Part shown: one piece after another, positions 37,639 through 40,466 of the stretch | Layout: each line of letters starts with the position of its first letter | Numbering within the stretch: position 1 is the first letter of the stretch | From: a virus | Lineage: Duplodnaviria > Caudoviricetes | Length of the DNA: 40,466 bases | Virus record (IMG/VR): IMGVR_UViG_3300025018_000266 | Location: 1-40,466 of that record | Strand: one strand, 5' to 3' | Program-made: the position numbers and the translations under genes | The notes under the pieces: generated by a model | The model's database searches: none | Seen by the model: the letters and a program-made list of their open reading frames with translations, nothing else | Told to the model about the DNA's origin: nothing

Positions 37639-37990
37639 GTCTTGAAGTTTAGATAGTCGGTAAGTATGGGTTTTGATCAAACGCCCACTTTTTAGATACT
37701 TACCAACTACTTGAACTAACAAGGCACACCACAGCCCTTAGCTAAGTAGCGAGGAACGGCTGAATCATGGTGGGTAGGAAACTACCGGAAGTCGCTACAC
37801 ACACGGATACCGTAAAAGGATTTAGGTGTTGCTATAAAAAGTCGGAACTAATTAGCCGACTATAAACGAATGACATTTGCAAATGTAAAACCCGACAACG
37901 GGTAGCTGAAGTATTGCTTGGAATCACCGTAATTAAACACAGTGAAACCTTGCAGGAAGTAGCTCCAGCCGTGTCCGTAAAGGATTCAAG
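37639..37990 (+). ncRNA. Candidate large structured RNA or replication-origin region
   Basis: Multiple stems, a GAAA tetraloop, a 7-bp pseudoknot candidate and a long-range closing stem; no ORF of 60 aa or more. Confidence 0.55.
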
Positions 37991-38021
37991 TTAAGTTACC
38001 CTAAGTTAAAACTCTATCATA

Positions 38022-38141
38022 ATGAATACAAAAGACTTAATTGAAATACTAAAAATGGTAGACCTTTATCTTTACGCCGGAGATAGGGAGAATGCGCACC
38101 TTATCATTGTAAGACTGCTAGAAAAGTTGGCGAAATCTTAA
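38022..38141 (+). CDS. 39-aa helical peptide (MNTKDLIEILK...)
   Basis: Translated by hand; amphipathic; below the ORF-track threshold. Confidence 0.35.
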   Translation: MNTKDLIEILKMVDLYLYAGDRENAHLIIVRLLEKLAKS

Positions 38142-38274
38142 ATGTTGGGGTAACTGCACAGCCGTACTACAAGAGACTGATTGTAATAATGTGTCTATGT
38201 TCTCTACGAGATTAACAGTCACCCGTAAATAATTGTCCTACGCAGTAACTGTATTTGCAAGCGTTATCTAATAG

Positions 38275-38303
38275 TAGACAAGATACTACATATGTAGTAT
38301 CAT
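38275..38303 (+). promoter_or_regulatory. Promoter TAGACA-17-TATCAT containing a perfect 20-bp palindrome
   Basis: gatactacatatgtagtatc at 38282-38301. Confidence 0.7.
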
Positions 38304-38311
38304 CTCCCCAT

Positions 38312-38530
38312 ATGGGACAAATACCTTTACCAGAAACAAAAAGAGACACAGCCTTAATTAAAGACTACCTGAAGAAAAACAGGGGTGAATGGAGTTATTC
38401 CATTTCCCAACTAGGTGTTAGATACGCAAGAATAGAGGGAGATAAACTCATTCCCCTTACTGCTACAAGGATTCATCAGATCCTTAATAAGCATGGAATA
38501 GAGAAGAATCGTATTCCAAGAACTGCTTAA
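38312..38530 (+). CDS. Small HTH transcriptional regulator
   Basis: SISQLG...LTATRIHQIL HTH-like pattern; leaderless ATG at 38312. Confidence 0.55.
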   Translation: MGQIPLPETKRDTALIKDYLKKNRGEWSYSISQLGVRYARIEGDKLIPLTATRIHQILNKHGIEKNRIPRTA

Positions 38531-38539
38531 CTTACCCCA

Positions 38540-38568
38540 TTGACAAGGTACTGCACATCTTGTATATT
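38540..38568 (+). promoter_or_regulatory. Promoter TTGACA-17-TATATT (near-copy of 3042)
   Basis: ttgacaaggtact...gtatattt...gtacaaagtt shared with 3042-3087. Confidence 0.75.
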
Positions 38569-38600
38569 TGTATAAGTACAAAGTTTTGAAAGGGTGTTAT

Positions 38601-39368
38601 ATGACAGAAACAACCAAAAAAGTACCGGCTGCCACCAGTACAAAAGTATCTAAGTTAGCTGATATTCAGCTAAAGTTAAAAGCTCCTAAGAGCCAGTTTA
38701 ATAAGTTTGCAAACTTCAACTATAGAAGTTGTGAGGATATTTTAGAATCAGTTAAACCTCTACTTGGGGAATACTCTTTAATACTCACAGATAATATAGT
38801 TCAACTTGGAGATAGGTATTACGTTAAAGCTACAGCACAGTTGCACGATGTTAATGGAAGCATAGTTAGTTCTTCCGAAGCGTATGCAAGAGAAGCCGAT
38901 GTTAAGACCGGAATGGATGCCGCACAGATCACCGGAGCAGCTTCAAGCTACGCTAGAAAGTATGCCTTAAACGGATTGTTCTTAATTGACGATACTAAAG
39001 ATGCCGATACTCAAGACAATTCTATGAAGGAAGTAGCAAAACCAGCAGCAACTCCTAGAGTTCCTGCAACTCCAACTACACCAAAGACTCCTACAGCTCC
39101 TACAACTACTTCCAACTATCCGGCTTCTGTTAATCAGTTGGCTTGGGTAGACAAGATACTAAAGGGTAGAGGAGAAAGGGATCAGATAACAGACGCACAG
39201 TTAAATAAACTAAGTTCAAGAGATGCTTCTGCTTTCATTAGTGGAAAGTTAAAGAGTGAGGAGTTATTCAAGGTACTTGGAGTTGTCTATAAAGAAGAAC
39301 CTAAGAAAGACGAGTTAGATCTTAGCTTTGACAGCCTAGTTGACGAAGTGGAAGGGAAAAAAAAATGA
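38601..39368 (+). CDS. erf: ERF-family ssDNA annealing protein (recombinase)
   Basis: YRSCEDILE.VKPLL and AQITGAASSYARKYALNGLF motifs; ATG 38601 after GAAAGGG. Confidence 0.9.
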   Translation: MTETTKKVPAATSTKVSKLADIQLKLKAPKSQFNKFANFNYRSCEDILESVKPLLGEYSLILTDNIVQLGDRYYVKATAQLHDVNGSIVSSSEAYAREADVKTGMDAAQITGAASSYARKYALNGLFLIDDTKDADTQDNSMKEVAKPAATPRVPATPTTPKTPTAPTTTSNYPASVNQLAWVDKILKGRGERDQITDAQLNKLSSRDASAFISGKLKSEELFKVLGVVYKEEPKKDELDLSFDSLVDEVEGKKK

Positions 39369-39520
39369 GGAAACCAACACTGCCTAACCCAAGCGGATTA
39401 GTTTTGTTACAGGGCTACTTTGACAGAGGTTTACTTACAGAATCAGAGTTACAAAGGTTAAGGATGAAAGCATTAGGAACAAATGCTTACACCGGAAAGG
39501 TTAGACATGAAAGCAATTGA
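39365..39520 (+). CDS. 51-aa hypothetical protein
   Basis: ATGA-coupled to erf; translated by hand. Confidence 0.4.
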   Translation: MRKPTLPNPSGLVLLQGYFDRGLLTESELQRLRMKALGTNAYTGKVRHESN

Positions 39521-40115
39521 AGAATACCAGTTTATAAGAAACCTACTAAAAGATAATAGGGTAGAGGAAGCAAAGGATATAGCCCCGTCAGTGTTGGATT
39601 TGAGGAGAATCTACACCTCCGCTAATTACGAACAGTATAAAAGATTTTGCTCCACCGGATTGCTTGGAACGGAAGAATATGATCTTTTACCTTACGAAAA
39701 ATACAAAGAAGAACCGAAAGATCTTTATATTAGTTCGGATTTACAAGTAACCGCAACATTAGTTGCTTCGGGTATGAAAATGATTGATCTAAAAGTCATA
39801 GATGGTAAAGGACATTTCATATTAAGTAACAAGGCAAAATCCATTACCTTAGCTACCCCAGAGCTAAATCCTAACGAGATGGCGGAAATAATGAATCTTC
39901 AGGGAATCAATCTTAACGCTGTATTTACTCCACTAGATGAGAGAAATGCTCCGGTGTATAAAGTAGATAAGGAGTTGGAAACAAAGACACCGTCAAACAG
40001 GTTAAGAGCAACACTATGGAGATTATGGGAACAAGAGGGTTCAAAGGGAGACTTTGACCAAGAGTTTTACAATATGAATAAGTTTATAGAGGTAGTGAAG
40101 GAGAAACTAGAATGA
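39507..40115 (+). CDS. Hypothetical protein (KTPSNRLRATLWRLWEQ motif)
   Basis: ORF track 39483; GGAAAGG SD favours ATG 39507. Confidence 0.6.
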   Translation: MKAIEEYQFIRNLLKDNRVEEAKDIAPSVLDLRRIYTSANYEQYKRFCSTGLLGTEEYDLLPYEKYKEEPKDLYISSDLQVTATLVASGMKMIDLKVIDGKGHFILSNKAKSITLATPELNPNEMAEIMNLQGINLNAVFTPLDERNAPVYKVDKELETKTPSNRLRATLWRLWEQEGSKGDFDQEFYNMNKFIEVVKEKLE

Positions 40116-40466
40116 AAACAAACTTAGAAACATTAGAAAAAGAATATTATAAGATGGTTGACGGATATGTTACTAAAGCAGAAGGTTTGAAATGGATCAA
40201 ATCCAAAGTTCAAGAAAGCTACGACATGGGGTGGAACGACCGTACAAAAGATTATGCGAAACTAAACGTCACACCAGACGCTAAAGAAGAAAAGATTGAA
40301 AGATGCTGTGCAAATGGCAATTTTGGACAAGATCATGACTGCTTGAAACGTGAACCCAGGGGCGAAACAATAAAGCAAAGTTCGCCCAAAGTTCCTGAAC
40401 AGGAAATACCTAAACCTAACGGCACGGTAGATAAAACCTCTACGATTAGTCGCCAACCGCAAGGCG
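40112..40466 (+). CDS. Partial ORF running off the window, in frame with the shared RGETIKQSSPK module
   Basis: ATGA-coupled start; no stop before the window end. Confidence 0.6.
   Translation, partial: MKTNLETLEKEYYKMVDGYVTKAEGLKWIKSKVQESYDMGWNDRTKDYAKLNVTPDAKEEKIERCCANGNFGQDHDCLKREPRGETIKQSSPKVPEQEIPKPNGTVDKTSTISRQPQG
40358..40466 (+). repeat. 109-bp direct repeat, copy 2 (identical to 474-582)
   Basis: Direct comparison. Confidence 0.95.

Larger units (their letters stand above)
1..40466 (+). mobile_element. Near-complete tailed bacteriophage genome (podovirus-like, Caudoviricetes)
   Basis: TerS/TerL/portal/scaffold/major capsid/tail/lysis genes in canonical order; no tape measure or sheath gene recognised; end of window repeats 474-582. 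Confidence 0.93.

Noticed and set aside
37648-37870. Group I intron core (gatagtc / gactat resemble P7 elements)
   Set aside because: The elements are in the wrong order, no interrupted gene flanks them, and other core motifs were not found by eye; a permuted form cannot be excluded without Infernal.

Overview
The window is a near-complete, about 40 kb tailed dsDNA bacteriophage genome with podovirus-like organisation, standard genetic code and almost all genes on the + strand. In order it carries: a mosaic early region of small ORFs with shared boundary microhomologies (1-3.7 kb); three structured non-coding elements (3.75-4.94 kb, one tRNA-like); TerS, TerL, portal, scaffold, N4-gp56-type major capsid protein and accessory virion genes; two free-standing HNH endonucleases; a Gly-X-Thr collagen-like fibre next to a methyltransferase/glycosyltransferase module; tail genes; a 3439-aa polyvalent DarB-like protein (N6-adenine MTase, SNF2 helicase, HExxH peptidase, possible GNAT); an amidase/holin lysis module; a roughly 500-nt highly structured non-coding region; an HTH regulator with a palindromic operator; and an ERF recombinase. 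No replication initiator, primase, replicative helicase, polymerase or integrase is recognisable. The last 109 nt are identical to positions 474-582, which suggests a circle of about 39.9 kb with an alternative cassette at the junction. The best novelty candidates are the large structured RNA or possible RNA-based origin, the tRNA-like and other small RNAs, the microhomology-shuffled cassette array, the HNH that appears to have captured a neighbouring gene's N-terminus, and the possible virion glycosylation module. All calls come from motif recognition and base-pairing by eye; no database searches or folding programs were run.
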